Both the position numbers and the translations under genes were made by a program. A DNA stretch of 64,000 nt from positions 558,001 to 622,000 of the forward strand of contig NW_020846005.1 of assembly GCF_003704095.1 (NCBI RefSeq), in the 5' to 3' direction. Every line of letters starts with the position of its first letter. The first letter of the stretch is position 1. Below are positions 40,295 through 53,028 of this stretch, piece by piece. Under the pieces are notes generated by a model, which was given only the letters and a program-made list of their open reading frames with translations, made no database searches and was not told the DNA's origin. The DNA comes from Pocillopora damicornis (lineage: Eukaryota).

Positions 40295-42909
40295 TTAACC
40301 CAATTATGTGAAACATTTTTCCACGATCAAATGCATTGAACGCGTTTCAAAGATTAAAGTACCGAAATAAGCAAATTTGAATTTAATTTTAGAATATTTA
40401 AGATTCGAATCATGACGGCTTCTTCCAACCTGCAGCTGAACCACAACATACCCTGGTTTTTAAGCATCTACTGAAAATAGTTAGATAACACCGTGTGGGC
40501 AAGTTACTAACTATGGAAAAGTTTATTTCCCAACAGTCCCTAAACCTCTAACATTCCTTCATCATCGTAACATTAAGTTAGGGAAAGAAAGTTAGGCACC
40601 ACACCAAGGAGAGTTTCTTTGGCTTTGATAACAAGCGATTTAGGTTTCATCACACTGAGTTATATCATGATGAAACTGAAGAAAAAAGCTAGGCAAACAC
40701 GGATCCAAATATGGCTTTGATAGCCTTAGCTGAACAATAAGCAAGGAGATTCATTGAAAGAACTCGAGTTTTAAACAAAGTTCACCAAAAAGGATCATCA
40801 AACTCATTTTTTATTGTCAAATATTTGAGCCAAATGCTTCCCATCTGTATTATTCGTCACCATCTGATTGAATAATCAGTCAGCACAGTGAACTTGAACT
40901 TTTGATTCTCACTCCCAAGTTAAACAGTCAAAACAAAAAAATAACTCTTCTAATCACCGAAATTATATTGAAAACCAGCCAGCTCACTCATTTATCAGCA
41001 CGTACTTCTCATCTACGAATAATGCGATTACATTCCTCATTTTTTTTCTTACTATCAAATAAGAACTCTTGAAGCCATCCTCCATACCCTATAACTCTGA
41101 AGTTAAGTTTGAACCATGAATATGTGACTTTTCTACTTGTAGATCGATAAATTAAAAGTTTCCATTAAGACTCTACGAGTTTGATTTAGTAAACATCAAA
41201 CCTTCCGGAAACACCAAACTGGCCAAATTCTTAAGAAAACGCAGACATCAAAACAACCGCAAATTACCTTACGTCAACTGCGAAGGACTCAATCTACGAG
41301 CCAAAATCCACAGAAATGAATGTGGCTTTTATGAGTACAGCTAGTTACCAAAACTCATTATGATCTATTAGTCTAAGTTTAGAAAAATAACGACGTGGTC
41401 AACATTCAGGTCGTCAATGAACCGATGGGACTCAACCGACAAACTCCCCGACCACTGATATTTATACCTGATTTTATACACACAGCTTATTGTAAGCTGC
41501 GGCAAGGTAGTCTGGCCATTCAAGATAGTATTTCATTTTAATCTTCCTATGTCATGGACATTTGTGGTAGAAGACGTCACGGGTGTTACAAATATTGATT
41601 ATGACGAGCATAAAAAAAATTTGGACAGTGATGGTGTCAAGACGATATGGACAAAACAGGGTCTTCACAAGTCCTTCTCTTTTTATTCTCTTCCGAGTGG
41701 ATTCCTGGTGAAGCACGAGGAAATACCATTTATTACATTTATCATACCAAAGTATTTAGCTAGAATGTTAAGTGAAATGAGGACTCTGTTCTACTTACGT
41801 TTTTTTAACCTAAGCTCATACTTAAAAAGCCACTTTCTAGTGGGAGTTTCCTGTGGATAAGTGGTCTATTGCATGTGCCCATTTGAAATGTTTAAGTTTC
41901 CATTATACAATTAACTTTTTTACCGCAAAGTAATATAATTCTCAGCTGGTTTTAATTTGTGTTTGTCGTGTCTAGCACACCAACTCTTCTGTTCCGCTGA
42001 ATTCATTCTAGAATGAGCCAATGCGCCTCTTTTTTTAGGAGAAACAGATTAAAATAATTACCTTGCGGTGGTCAAAATGAGCAGCGTTTTTGGCAAACGC
42101 ATGCTGCAGGTTTAGACTGAAAAGTATCCGGAATTACTGAAGATAATCCTAAAACAGAGTAACATTTGGTCGTACCACACGCTATCTGCAAATGCATATG
42201 ACACGAGACAAGTTCCTAAGAGTTATTGGAAAATGGGCTTGAAATAGAAACAAGCAGTAGTTTTTTCAGGGAAACAATTAATTAACCCCAGCGGCATTTT
42301 ACATGTCTGTACTTGTGAAGTCCTTAGTGAGGCGTAAGCCTCGATGAAATAATGATTGAGAAAATTAAGTGGGAAGCACTGTTTCCGGCGGTGACATCCG
42401 CTGGACTCAATATTCTTATTGTTGCCCTTGTCATCATGGCAATATATAGTAAATCAGGGTGATTTGTTGCACAATAGAGGTCATTTTCTCTCGTAACTAT
42501 ATTTCATACCAAATGACCTCTCTTTAACCAAATCGCTGGCCGATAAGCTGAAATTAACCCTTACAACTGTTTGAAGTATCCGTCAATAACTTTCCTTCCT
42601 GACGCTCTTTACGTTAAAAATAGAGATTGCTGTATTGATGACTTGGAAACGTTTTTTGTGAGTAAAGGTCAAGTGATTTGCAGTTTGTCGTGTCTAAGAA
42701 TTAATTTCTTCATGGACTGATACTGCGGAGGTGTAACTATGGTGTAACTGGATCTAGCTGATCACTTCAAAAGTGGGAGGAGATTGTTTGTATTTGACTT
42801 GTATTGGGTTGTATTTTGTTTGCATTTGTTTATATCGTGCATTCCATGAGACAGCGAACATCTCCGCAACAGCATCGCCACTTACATCAAACAGTCACGT
42901 TAAGTTGAA

Positions 42910-43610
42910 ATGGGTAAAAAAGAAATTGAAGGTAAAGACTCGAAGGCTGATAAAAATGCCAAGAAGAAGACGAAACGGCGACCACCTCGATTGACGGGAG
43001 TCAGCAAACAACGAAAAATGGCAAATGAAAGAGAGAGACGAAGAGTACACGCTTTAAATTCACATATTGAAAACCTTCGGGAGTTAATTCCACTCTCGCC
43101 ATTTGAGAAACGACCAACCAAGACTGAAGTCATTTGGATGGCAGCAACTTATATCAAATTTCTCACTGACCTGTTAGAAAAACTGAAAACCGACAATACT
43201 GTTGAAAATACATGCGATGACTCTGATGAAATTCGTCAAAGTTTGGACCTAACGTTTGTAGATATGGCAGGTTAGTGGTGTTTGTAAAATTTTTCCTTAT
43301 GCCTTCACGTTGAAGTGTTGTGATAAAAATTTTATCTAATATTTTCGCGTATTTTTATTCTACAGTGTCCGACATTTTTGGCCTTAATGATTGCTCCGCA
43401 GTATCAGAGCTGAATCTGGACGCTTATGAACTTTTATTTCTCACAGGTAAATAAATAATTCACCAAATTTTTGTTATTGTCTTCGTGTTATGAAAACACC
43501 TTTAAAATTGTACTTTGTCGTGTTGTACAGCTCCTAGTTTTGAATTTTTCTTTATAATGCTGTTTCTATCCTTTTTTACAGACTCAGAGGGATCTTTAGA
43601 CGAAAACTGA
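42910..43610 (+). CDS. Paraxis/Scleraxis-like bHLH, cluster copy 3
   Basis: KRRPPRLTGVSKQRKMANERERRRVHALNSHIENLRELIPLSPFEKRPTKTEVIWMAATYIKFL. Predicted exons 42910-43270, 43366-43446 and 43582-43610 (two phase-1 introns, 156 aa). The unspliced ORF stops at 43275. Confidence 0.9.
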
Positions 43611-46452
43611 TTTTCGCTGGATTAGTATTTAAATTTTCATCACAAGATTCTGTGCTCAACCCGTTGATGTCCTTGTAAAACAGACAATTTAATCATCATT
43701 ACGCTAATGGCACATTTCTTCATGGTAGTTCAGACATCGAGTCATAACAAACACGTAAATGAAGATACTTCACTGACGTTAAAAAATAGGAAAACTGTCT
43801 ATCTTATAAACTTCAGATCACAAAAGGAACTGACGCAAGTTTTAAAAATCGCGTCGAGGTCAAGAACGTCAAGAATCCCACTGATCTTGGATCACCCAAA
43901 TTCAAGAGTCCTTAAATAAAAGGAAATCTAGGTTAAGTTTAGTCAAATAGGCGGTTGCTCTTGATGATAACATAAAACCCGCACGATGTATTTTCATTGC
44001 GAGTTAAACCGATGAGAAAACAAATTGGTATTTCATGTGATACCAAACAAACTTGACTTGTTTTGGTTTCCGACTGAAAGAGATAATTCCTTTGGTATTT
44101 TTATTTCTCCTACAATCGTCTTGTAAGAAGTTAAGAAGGATTATGTTCGTAAATAAAAGTATTTTTAACACGCGGTGGATCTATTACTGGTCAAAAAGGA
44201 CGGAATTTATCGGGCGGCCTTATTGAGAATATATACCAGACCAGCGTTGACAAGTTGTTTCAGTTGTTTAATCACAGACTTCAAGCGCCCTTTTTAGCTC
44301 AATATATCATTTTATGATAGCCGGGAACTCGAAAATCAGCCAACGTTTCTCCGGATTTATATAATTGAGTCATAAAGTACAAATTGGACAACAGTCTACA
44401 TAAATAAACGAATAAGTCGGAATATATCGTGTTGTTTCAATCTTTGCCCACACAAGTGTAAAAGTATGTAGTGATGATTTGAATTCGCTAAGCTATAGAA
44501 GTGCGATAACAAGCGTCGATAAATCCATCGGAATTTCTTCCTTGATGATCACAACAGCCATCAGTTTTCTCAGTATTTAAGATGTGAAGACTAAGATAAA
44601 ACGTGAAAAGTCGAGAACACAAAATTGGCAAGCTAAACCACGCACAAACTGTTTCTCTTCTATGATGGACCGGAGTTTTCAAGCGTACACGTAGCAATTA
44701 AAAGTTCACTCACAATTTCCTTTGCTTGTCTCCTGGGACGCAAACCAATTTTTCAAGCTGTAATGGAAGTTCAGCCAACAAAAAAAAAAAACAAAGATTG
44801 ATGGAACACATGAAAAAGTGAACACATTTTGTAATATGCACACGTAGGCTGACGAACCATATGAGTTTTCTTGAGATAAACCGACTTTAGTAAGATTTCC
44901 ATTCTCCCGTTACTAACCGTTGTTTATAATGACCTTTTCATTCACCGCCTAATTTTGCTGTAAAAACTGTTTTATCAAAACGAAAACCGTCTTTGTCGGC
45001 GAGTAATACCGCCCATGAAGTATAACAGACTGTTTTTAGATCAGGCAACTCGGGTATCAATGAAGGAAAGTCGAAATGACGATCACGAAACGATTTCAGG
45101 TTTCACCCAAGAGAAAATATTCTACTAAAGTGAAGCGGACAATGTAGTGATTTAACCGTTTACGGATGCAACATCTTCATCCAGAATTTTTGGGACACAG
45201 CAGTACAGAAGAAAAATGGGTTCGTTTAATGGTGAATGAGAAACAAGAACGTTTACGTTCCTGACCCCTGGAAACTGTAGCTACGTGCAAAACATGATCA
45301 ACTTTTTGATAAAGGTTTTTCGCTCTGTGCGATAATGATCTCTCACCGATTTCAAGACCAAATTTGAGAAATAGAAAGTATCTCTTCACTTCCTTTTACT
45401 CCCATTTCATTAGCAAGTTTAATTTGGGAAGCATATAGTAATTTTTCCATTGAAGATTTCAGGATAAGCGAAATTTTAACTCGAAGAATTCGGGAATCTA
45501 TGTCAACTCCATAAGTAGATTTAAAGCAAGCAACCCACGCCATACCATGCCATGGGAACCTTGCCAGAAGAGGAATGGGAACCTAATAAAACAAAGACGA
45601 CAGGCTTTGTCTCTGTAGTTCGTTTGTAATATCATCCTTTTCTCTGGCATGGAAGGTTGTGAATTCCGAGAAAAGTTCTGGTTCAAAAGTTTAATCAACA
45701 CAATGCGGGGATATTGTTCATTCCGTAATTAAACTCCCGACACATTTAGTCCGTTCCAGTTAATCAAATAATTTCTGTAGTGTATATATGTAAAATAAAG
45801 TCAAAGTATCACGAATATTAGATATCGTGATGGATATTGTTACCAGTGGTAACGACTGAATTGAGTCAGGATACAGAGGATAGCAGAGTGCTGAAATCTG
45901 TATTACTAAGGGTGTGGTCATTAACCACTCTTTATTATTTTTCTCTTATCATAAAAGTCTCAGAGGCGTAGGAGTTGAACAGTCCTTTGATTTGCTTTTC
46001 TTGTTTTCCCTTCTCTGTTATCCGTGGTTTTTCGAGATAGCTCTGTGGGCCGTTTTCCTAGTTAAGAGGTGTAAAGGAGTTTGGCTCCAAAACGACAACT
46101 GGATAGGCAGGTCTGATTACCAGCCATGTGCCTTATTCTTTGGAAGTATTGGAAGCATATCCCTCTTTCCGTAGCATTAGCAACCAAAGGTATTTCGTCT
46201 CTTCTTGGTTAGGATACCAGTGCATTGCAGGAAACCAATCCAGTATTTCTTCGGATTTCCTTTCAGTTTGTTGATCTGTCTCTTTACACGGATCATGTTG
46301 GGGTGGAATCAGGCATTGTTAGCTTAAGAGTACAACAAAATGACCTCCCCTAGGCCTGAACCCTGACCTTTAGAGCTATTTAGTAAGGCATGCTGACCCG
46401 GCAAGATTTTTAAAACCATGGAGAAAAATTAATCTTGAGACATAAAACATGA

Positions 46453-46523
46453 AGGTAACATTATAACTCTTTAGGGTTATAATGTTACTCTTTAGAAGAT
46501 AGAGGTAACATTATAACTCTTTA
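46453..46523. repeat. Direct-inverted-direct micro-repeat
   Basis: AGGTAACATTATAACTCTTTA occurs at 46453 and 46503, with an inverted copy GTTATAATGTTAC between them (perfect 13-bp stem with either direct copy). Confidence 0.8.
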
Positions 46524-46960
46524 TGACTATACAAGGAAGTGGCACTACTCAATAATGAGTAAACTGAGGGAGGGTCACTTGTTTTGTGCCGCAAGGAAAA
46601 ATGGTAACACACAACTAACTGAAGTCAGAGTTCGGTACAACTCTTTTATTATATATATATATATATGCTGTCTATAAACAGCTCAGTTTCTTTTCATTCT
46701 AAATGAACCTGTTTTAACTGAAAAACCTGCACGCCTAAGGGTCTGATTATCTTCGCAGAGGTTCGCGCATCCGCTATTATCTGCATAGCATGCAGAATAC
46801 CTTTACATTCCACAGTAGCGTGGTTTAGAATGTTTCCATTATGGAAAGGTAAAATTGAGGACAAATGAAATTGTCGTCACTGTTGTTGTCCTACTTAAAC
46901 TCTTCAAGACTGAAGAAAATTTTAGATCGCAGCAAGTTTACTGTATGTCAAATTTTAGTT

Positions 46961-47440
46961 TCAAAAATCTGAATCGGAAGAACTTTCCTCTTTCACAGTA
47001 ACTAAGTACGCGTCGCTTTTTCCTTGAGGCTTCGTTAAAGTCGACTCACATTGGCGATTGTTTTTCAACAGTTCTGTGAGATGATGAATATAAAGTGCAG
47101 CCAGTCGTACTGTTTCTATCTTAGATGGCCGTTTCTCTGTTGGAAGTAGAGGTATTAAATCGCGCAAAGTCTCAAAGGCGCTGTTGATAGCTTGTACTCT
47201 ATTCCTCTCTCTTGCGTTTGCTGACTTTCTTTGTTTACTGACTCCTGTAAGTCTTGGTCCCCGTCTCTTGTGCTTTTTCTTTGCTTGAGCTGGCGACGAA
47301 GGCACTGAAGCCGGTGAATCAAACTTGTAACTGCTACGCACAGATGAGTGCATGACCCCAACACTTGCCAGTGAATTCACCATCTTTAAGCCCTGTTTGT
47401 ACAAAATCATTTCAGTTAAATGCTCTCGACAGGACCCCAT
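46961..47440 (-). CDS. Paraxis/Scleraxis-like bHLH, cluster copy 4 (most canonical member)
   Basis: KRRGPRLTGVSKQRKSANARERNRVQAINSAFETLRDLIPLLPTEKRPSKIETVRLAALYIHHL. It retains N.AF..LR and SKIETVRLA as in TCF15/paraxis. Apparently single exon. The start codon is uncertain because there are several in-frame ATGs. Confidence 0.92.
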   Translation of the reverse strand: MGSCREHLTEMILYKQGLKMVNSLASVGVMHSSVRSSYKFDSPASVPSSPAQAKKKHKRRGPRLTGVSKQRKSANARERNRVQAINSAFETLRDLIPLLPTEKRPSKIETVRLAALYIHHLTELLKNNRQCESTLTKPQGKSDAYLVTVKEESSSDSDF

Positions 47441-49831
47441 AGTTATCAGTCACAAGTTATTCTTTTCATTGTTGATAAAACAGCCCTGTTGTATTTGCTT
47501 GTGAATGAAATATTTGCCGTGAGAAATCTAATTTTGTACCAACTCAAACAATTTCAAGGAAAAAAAAGCTTACTTTACCGTACACCATGCTATGTCAACA
47601 CTAAGTGCACCCAACAAAAATCGAATATTAAGAAATTTTTGATTATCTGTACGTCTTGCGAGAAAGTTTATGTTAAGAACTGTGTTTCTCAGTCGGTAAT
47701 GTTAATTCGAATTTCTTAGGAACCGGATAACCGCATCGAATGAAATAAAACCTCCATAACCGCAATTGCCCAATAGCAAGCTCTGCTTGCAACTTTAATC
47801 CTAATCATATCATAAATAGAATTAATTAGGAAGAGTTGTTAGAGTTTGTTTCGGCGCTTTTCGATCGTAGATTTCCATTTGTCGGTTTTTTTTTTAATTT
47901 GTCGGCATTGCTCGGTAGGTTTCGCCAGACTATCAACAGGTTTTCGAGAGCTATCCATCTGGAAACAGCCAAACGTAATTGCTACTTTCTGTAGTGAAAT
48001 CAACTAAATGTAAAAGTACATACACTGCTTTCCACTCAAAAAGAAAACAATACAGAGTTTTATACTATAACAATGTCGCAACAGCGATTCGCGATATACA
48101 TTAGTTATTTCATCTCATCCGGCCGAGGTATCTCAGTTATTAACTTTGGGGGGCAAACGTGTTATTCAGTACCTACCGCAATAAGCTATTGTCCCGAACA
48201 ATAACTTTGGTAATTGCGGCCATCTCTAGGCCAAGTTGCTTTTATGAACAAAGAAGTTACCGATGTGCATTTTGATAGTATCTCTAATTGTAGCAGAGAA
48301 CGAGATTACTTGGTCTGTAAACTTACAGCAGGTTATGAATATCAGTCAAATAAAAGATGAGATGTCACTTAGAAATCGTAACATGCAAATATTTGTACCC
48401 TGTCTTACCTAAACTGAATATTAAGAGAATATGAATGCGACCTTTGGTTTAAAATATTTTGGGCTAAGGCTGCGAAATTTACTTGGCAAAAATATATTCG
48501 GGATGTGCAAAAACTGATGGCTTATCAGATTACATATATTGCCTATTTGATCTGAAATCTTGATTGCTAAAGCACACGCACTAAGCCAAAACGATTTGTA
48601 CTGCGCGTGCCAGCAAAACAACATACAATTTAACGGCGAATGACTTAGAGGTTAATCACTATTAGAGCAACATTTCGGCAAATCAAATGCATACTCTTCT
48701 CACCTTTGGTATCTGTGTTAACTGTTTTAAAACCTCTGCCCCGTGAAAGCTCAAATTTAAATCTCTTCTTATTAGTCCTTGTTCGTTAAACGGATCGAAA
48801 CAACTTCTGCAAAAATATGCATTGCTCGAGTTTATTCTCTCAGCGGGTAATTTGCCAAAAACTAAACTGGGGGGTAAAGAATTTCAAACTCTCTCAAAAC
48901 ACATTCCGGTCTAATGTGTAACTGTATATTTGCGTTCCTTAATCCGTTATCTTTCTCAGATTTTGGTTGACGACGGAAAAAGTCATAAATTCCTGTCTTA
49001 GACCGGGTCAAGGACGAAGATTATTACTTGAATAACAACTAATAATTTAAGTATAAGTTATGGCTCAAATTGTGGCTTATCTCTGATAGGGTTTTACGTT
49101 TGGCTGATTTTGAAAGAAGCCGAAGGAACCATTTTAATCTGCTCCAAAATTGAAAAGATAAAGTATAATTGCTGAAAAATTTAAATGAATAGTTTCGCAT
49201 CAGATTTCTCAGAAGAAATAGAAGCAAAAACTTGGTAATCGTCAGCAATATTCATCAAAACTGACTTTCTTAGCTGGTACATACTTTTCTGATGTATGAA
49301 TAAAAATAGACATCGCCTCTCGCCTGAGGGAAACATTGTTGTTTGAAAAGAATCTTTTCATCGATGATTGCTTTCACTCTTATCAGTTGTATTTTGGTAA
49401 ATCATTCAAACATGTCTTAAGTTTTGTAAAAGTTAAAGAATTCAAAAGAAACTCAACACACAAAAAGTAGATGGGTATGAGAACTGTACTGAGTTTATTT
49501 TCATCTCTCGGTGATACTACATTGTTGTGCCTAGCTTAGAAAAGAGGCTTTGAATGCACTGTATCGAGGCTATTGCAGTTTGTTGACTCTTGCTGTTAAG
49601 AAGTCGGTAAACAGCAAAACAAAAGTGGAACAAGGCTTAAACGAAATTCCGTCAGAAGCTGAACCGCTCTAAGTTGTAATTTTAAGTCCAGTAAAACGCG
49701 TTATTTTATCTTCTAGATAAATCAATAACTGGTTATCTAAGATTACTAACATTTGAACTTTTGCAATTCAAAATCTCGGCTTAATATGGAGTTAATCACA
49801 GTTTGTAAACTTTGAGGTCTTAAAGAGGTGT

Positions 49832-50191
49832 TCAGGTTTCCGTTTCTTGCAGAGCTGATAACTCAGTTTTAGGGTCTTGAACGTCTTCGATCCGTTTGCC
49901 AACCAAAACTCCTTGTTCCTTCAAGATGGATGAAAGCTGCGAGATGTACAAAGTAGCACCCACTATGACATCAAACTTGGTAACCCTGTAATTGTTCTGT
50001 GTTTGAGGAATTAAAGTTCGTAGAATTTGAATATAGTTATTCAGGATGTTTACTCGATCTCTTTCCCGTGCATTTGCTTTTCTTCGCTGTTTGCTAACCC
50101 CAGTTAATCTTGGAGCGCGTCGCTTCTTTCGTTTGCAATTTTGGAGTGAGTCTTCTTTGTCCGTGCATCGCTCTACAGTTGAAGGAGGCAT
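49832..50191 (-). CDS. Paraxis/Scleraxis-like bHLH, cluster copy 5 (most divergent HLH)
   Basis: KRRAPRLTGVSKQRRKANARERDRVNILNNYIQILRTLIPQTQNNYRVTKFDVIVGATLYISQL; intact 119-aa ORF. Confidence 0.87.
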   Translation of the reverse strand: MPPSTVERCTDKEDSLQNCKRKKRRAPRLTGVSKQRRKANARERDRVNILNNYIQILRTLIPQTQNNYRVTKFDVIVGATLYISQLSSILKEQGVLVGKRIEDVQDPKTELSALQETET

Positions 50192-52975
50192 ATTTCATTA
50201 TTTTCAGGAACTTTTGCTGACACACTGACGCACCGCCGACTTTTTTTTTCTGATGTTTTTAGTGATCGTGTTTTGAGTACACTACCGCAAAGTTTACAAA
50301 ACACAGGTCATTCCTTTAGCCAACCATCAACTAATCTAAAACTTTAAAATTAACACATGCTTATAAGGTATTTGGTTGTTATGAATCTTTCAAGCAAAAA
50401 TGTTTACCTTAAGAAACAAAAGAACAATTCAAACGTAGGTTTGTATAGTTAAATATGCATTTGAGGTGTTGGCTAACTAAATATGAGAATTTTATCCTAC
50501 GCTCAACCTATATTCTTATATCGAATATTTTTATAAGTTATGTGTTAGCTTTGTTCTTCATAAATCACGTCAACTAAGAACCCAGCTTTAGATCGAAACT
50601 TGGATTATAACAATCTCGCCGTAGGAGGTCCAACGAGAATTTTTACGAAAGTAGATAATTTAAAGCTTGTCTACTCGAGTCAACCGCATCAACAAGAATT
50701 GAGAACTGACTCTTTTCTTCCGTTTTTATAGCAAATGAACGGGTGAACGTGATAGTTACCAATCAATAGGGTGTAATAGTTACACCATAAAGGGTTACCT
50801 TTTTTAAAAGTTGTTATTCATCAAAGTCAATGTTTAAAACTTTGTCGGCATGCCCGGCACGTGTAGCCATCATAAGTAGCGGACAGGTCTTAAAGTGGTC
50901 TAACTCTGATAGATACACTACTAAAATGGTTAATTGAATTTGTAAAACACGAGTCATGTCCCATAGGACCACTGCTAACCAGTCACTTCCAAATGCAGTG
51001 ACCGGCCCGTCTTATCGGAACTACCTTCTCTCGGCTTGGACTTTAGTGTGAGTAGCTAGTGAGGACTTTCCATAAATCCTTAGGATAACCGATAACCAAA
51101 AAAGGCATTTTTCTTCCAGCTGAAGCCCACTAAATGTTTTGGATTCTTCAGTGAGAAATCGATCTGTTTTCGGAAAGAAAATGATCTTTCTTTGATGGTA
51201 GATGGAACGCTTGGTGTCCCTGCGGGAGGCTTTTAGCTAAACCTAAACAACGAAAAAAAAACACAACACTGCTTGACAGGGTGGCTTAAATATATGGTTT
51301 GTGTCCTCAACCGGCAGGGAAGATGAATAATTATATTTAGTTATTTTTAGGATCCAAATTGTCAATTTGTACATTTCCAAATGCCATTCACTGCACTGGA
51401 GCACGTCCATGTAACTCTCATAACTCTCCTTAATGTTTTTACAGACTTCAACTCACTACGTGGATTGACAACGAGGTGACAGCTGTCCGGGAAATTTATT
51501 TGGAAAGATGTGCATACTTACAAGTCATCTTTTGGCTATTGCCAAGCCTCCGTTCTCCCAGCTCGAAATCCTGACGTAATCCTGTGTGCTATCCTTTGAC
51601 AAAATACGTTTCGGGTCTACAAGGAAGATTTCATTTTCGGGGGTGAAAGAGACCCGAAACTTTATTGGCTACAGAATTATAAAAGGAGTGCAAGGAAAAT
51701 CGTCTAATCCGAGGCTAGCGACACTCTAAAATCAGTGTTTGAAAGTCCGGGACCAAAACCAAAACAATTGTTTTTATGTCGGCCATGATACTACCGTCGC
51801 TTCCCTCAAATTTTGCATTAAAATATCTATACCCTTTTCTGTTTCCTTTTATGGCGTCTAAATTGAAATAATTCCAAGCCGCATCTATCAAACGCGGACT
51901 TCCCACCTTAAGATACATGCAAGGCTACAGGCAAAGCTATACCCTTCTGGCTGAGACCCGCAGCAAGCTGCAAAACTGTCCGCGTTTTTTTTTTTTTTTT
52001 AACAACCTTAGGGCCTATAAAAGGAAGTATTCTTCAAACGCTTCTGTGTCTGAAGTCTAATGGATATTTTTTCGGGCAGATAAGTGTCCATTCCCAATCT
52101 ATGTTATTATAAGGGTGTTAATTAACACAATATTGGCTCGATTGCCGCCAGTGTGTCGAAGATCCTTGCGGGTTAATACATTGCAAAATTTTATTGCAAG
52201 AGGTTTAGGTAAGACATTAAGTTTTAAAAGTTGGCTAACATTATTCAAAACTGATTTTTCTGTCACGAAAATAAAATTTGCCTAATGCGACTGAAAGTAA
52301 TTGTGTCATCTTAACAATCTTTCCTTCTGATTTCCATTCTCTCTGCTGACGAGTGCGTCCTAAAGATTATAAACATTTGCATTTATCATTTAAATGTAAT
52401 AAGCTGTTTAAAAAAATCACTAGTTAGTTTTTATAACTGATAAGATTTGAATGTTCTGCGGCTCATTACGACGAATTAAAAGGAATTAAGTCTGTTCAAT
52501 AAGAAAAGTATCGTTTTGAAATAAATTTTTATATAAAATCAGCGAAATAATGTTTATGAATTTATAACGATGATTCCAAAAAAGAATAAAAAAATTCAAT
52601 GACTGTCTTTTTTGGGCCGTTGTTTTGTTTAATTAATAAACATTTCGGTCGTTTATTGTTGTGAGGACAGTGATAAGTTTTTCTTTATCTTTGAGCCCCA
52701 TTCAACTCAAATATCCCCTGGTATCAAGCGCCGCCGCGAAACGTATAAGGTATGGATTGTAAAAAACACTCGCGCCTAGTCAAAATTTCAAACCTGCTTG
52801 AAAAGAATGCGATTTTTTTTTCGACGGGTATGTCATTTCATATATAAACATCTCCGAGGGCGGTCTATGTCTGTAAGGCTAGTGATAAGTAATGTTTTTA
52901 TCTCTCAGTTCCACTCCACTTCAAAGGCTCAGGCATCCGGCAAACGGACAGGTGAAACCAATACGGGCTGGGCTT

Positions 52976-52983
52976 TATATAAA
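52976..52983 (+). promoter_or_regulatory. Candidate TATA box of bHLH copy 6, with an upstream E-box
   Basis: TATATAAA ends 45 nt before a good-context ATG (cagccATGG, 53029). CAGGTG lies at 52949-52954. Confidence 0.5.
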
Positions 52984-53028
52984 GGACTTATTCCAAGTCA
53001 TAACTCCAAACAGGTTTCATTTACAGCC

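Noticed and set aside
34400-42800. Search for further degenerate bHLH copies in the largest gap of the array
   Set aside because: No GPRLTG/ANARER-like remnant was found by eye on either strand. A profile search could still reveal highly decayed copies.
52798-53028. 77-aa N-terminal extension of copy 6 in the ORF track
   Set aside because: It starts at TTG and runs through a TATA box. The ATG at 53029 matches the paralog lengths and has good context.
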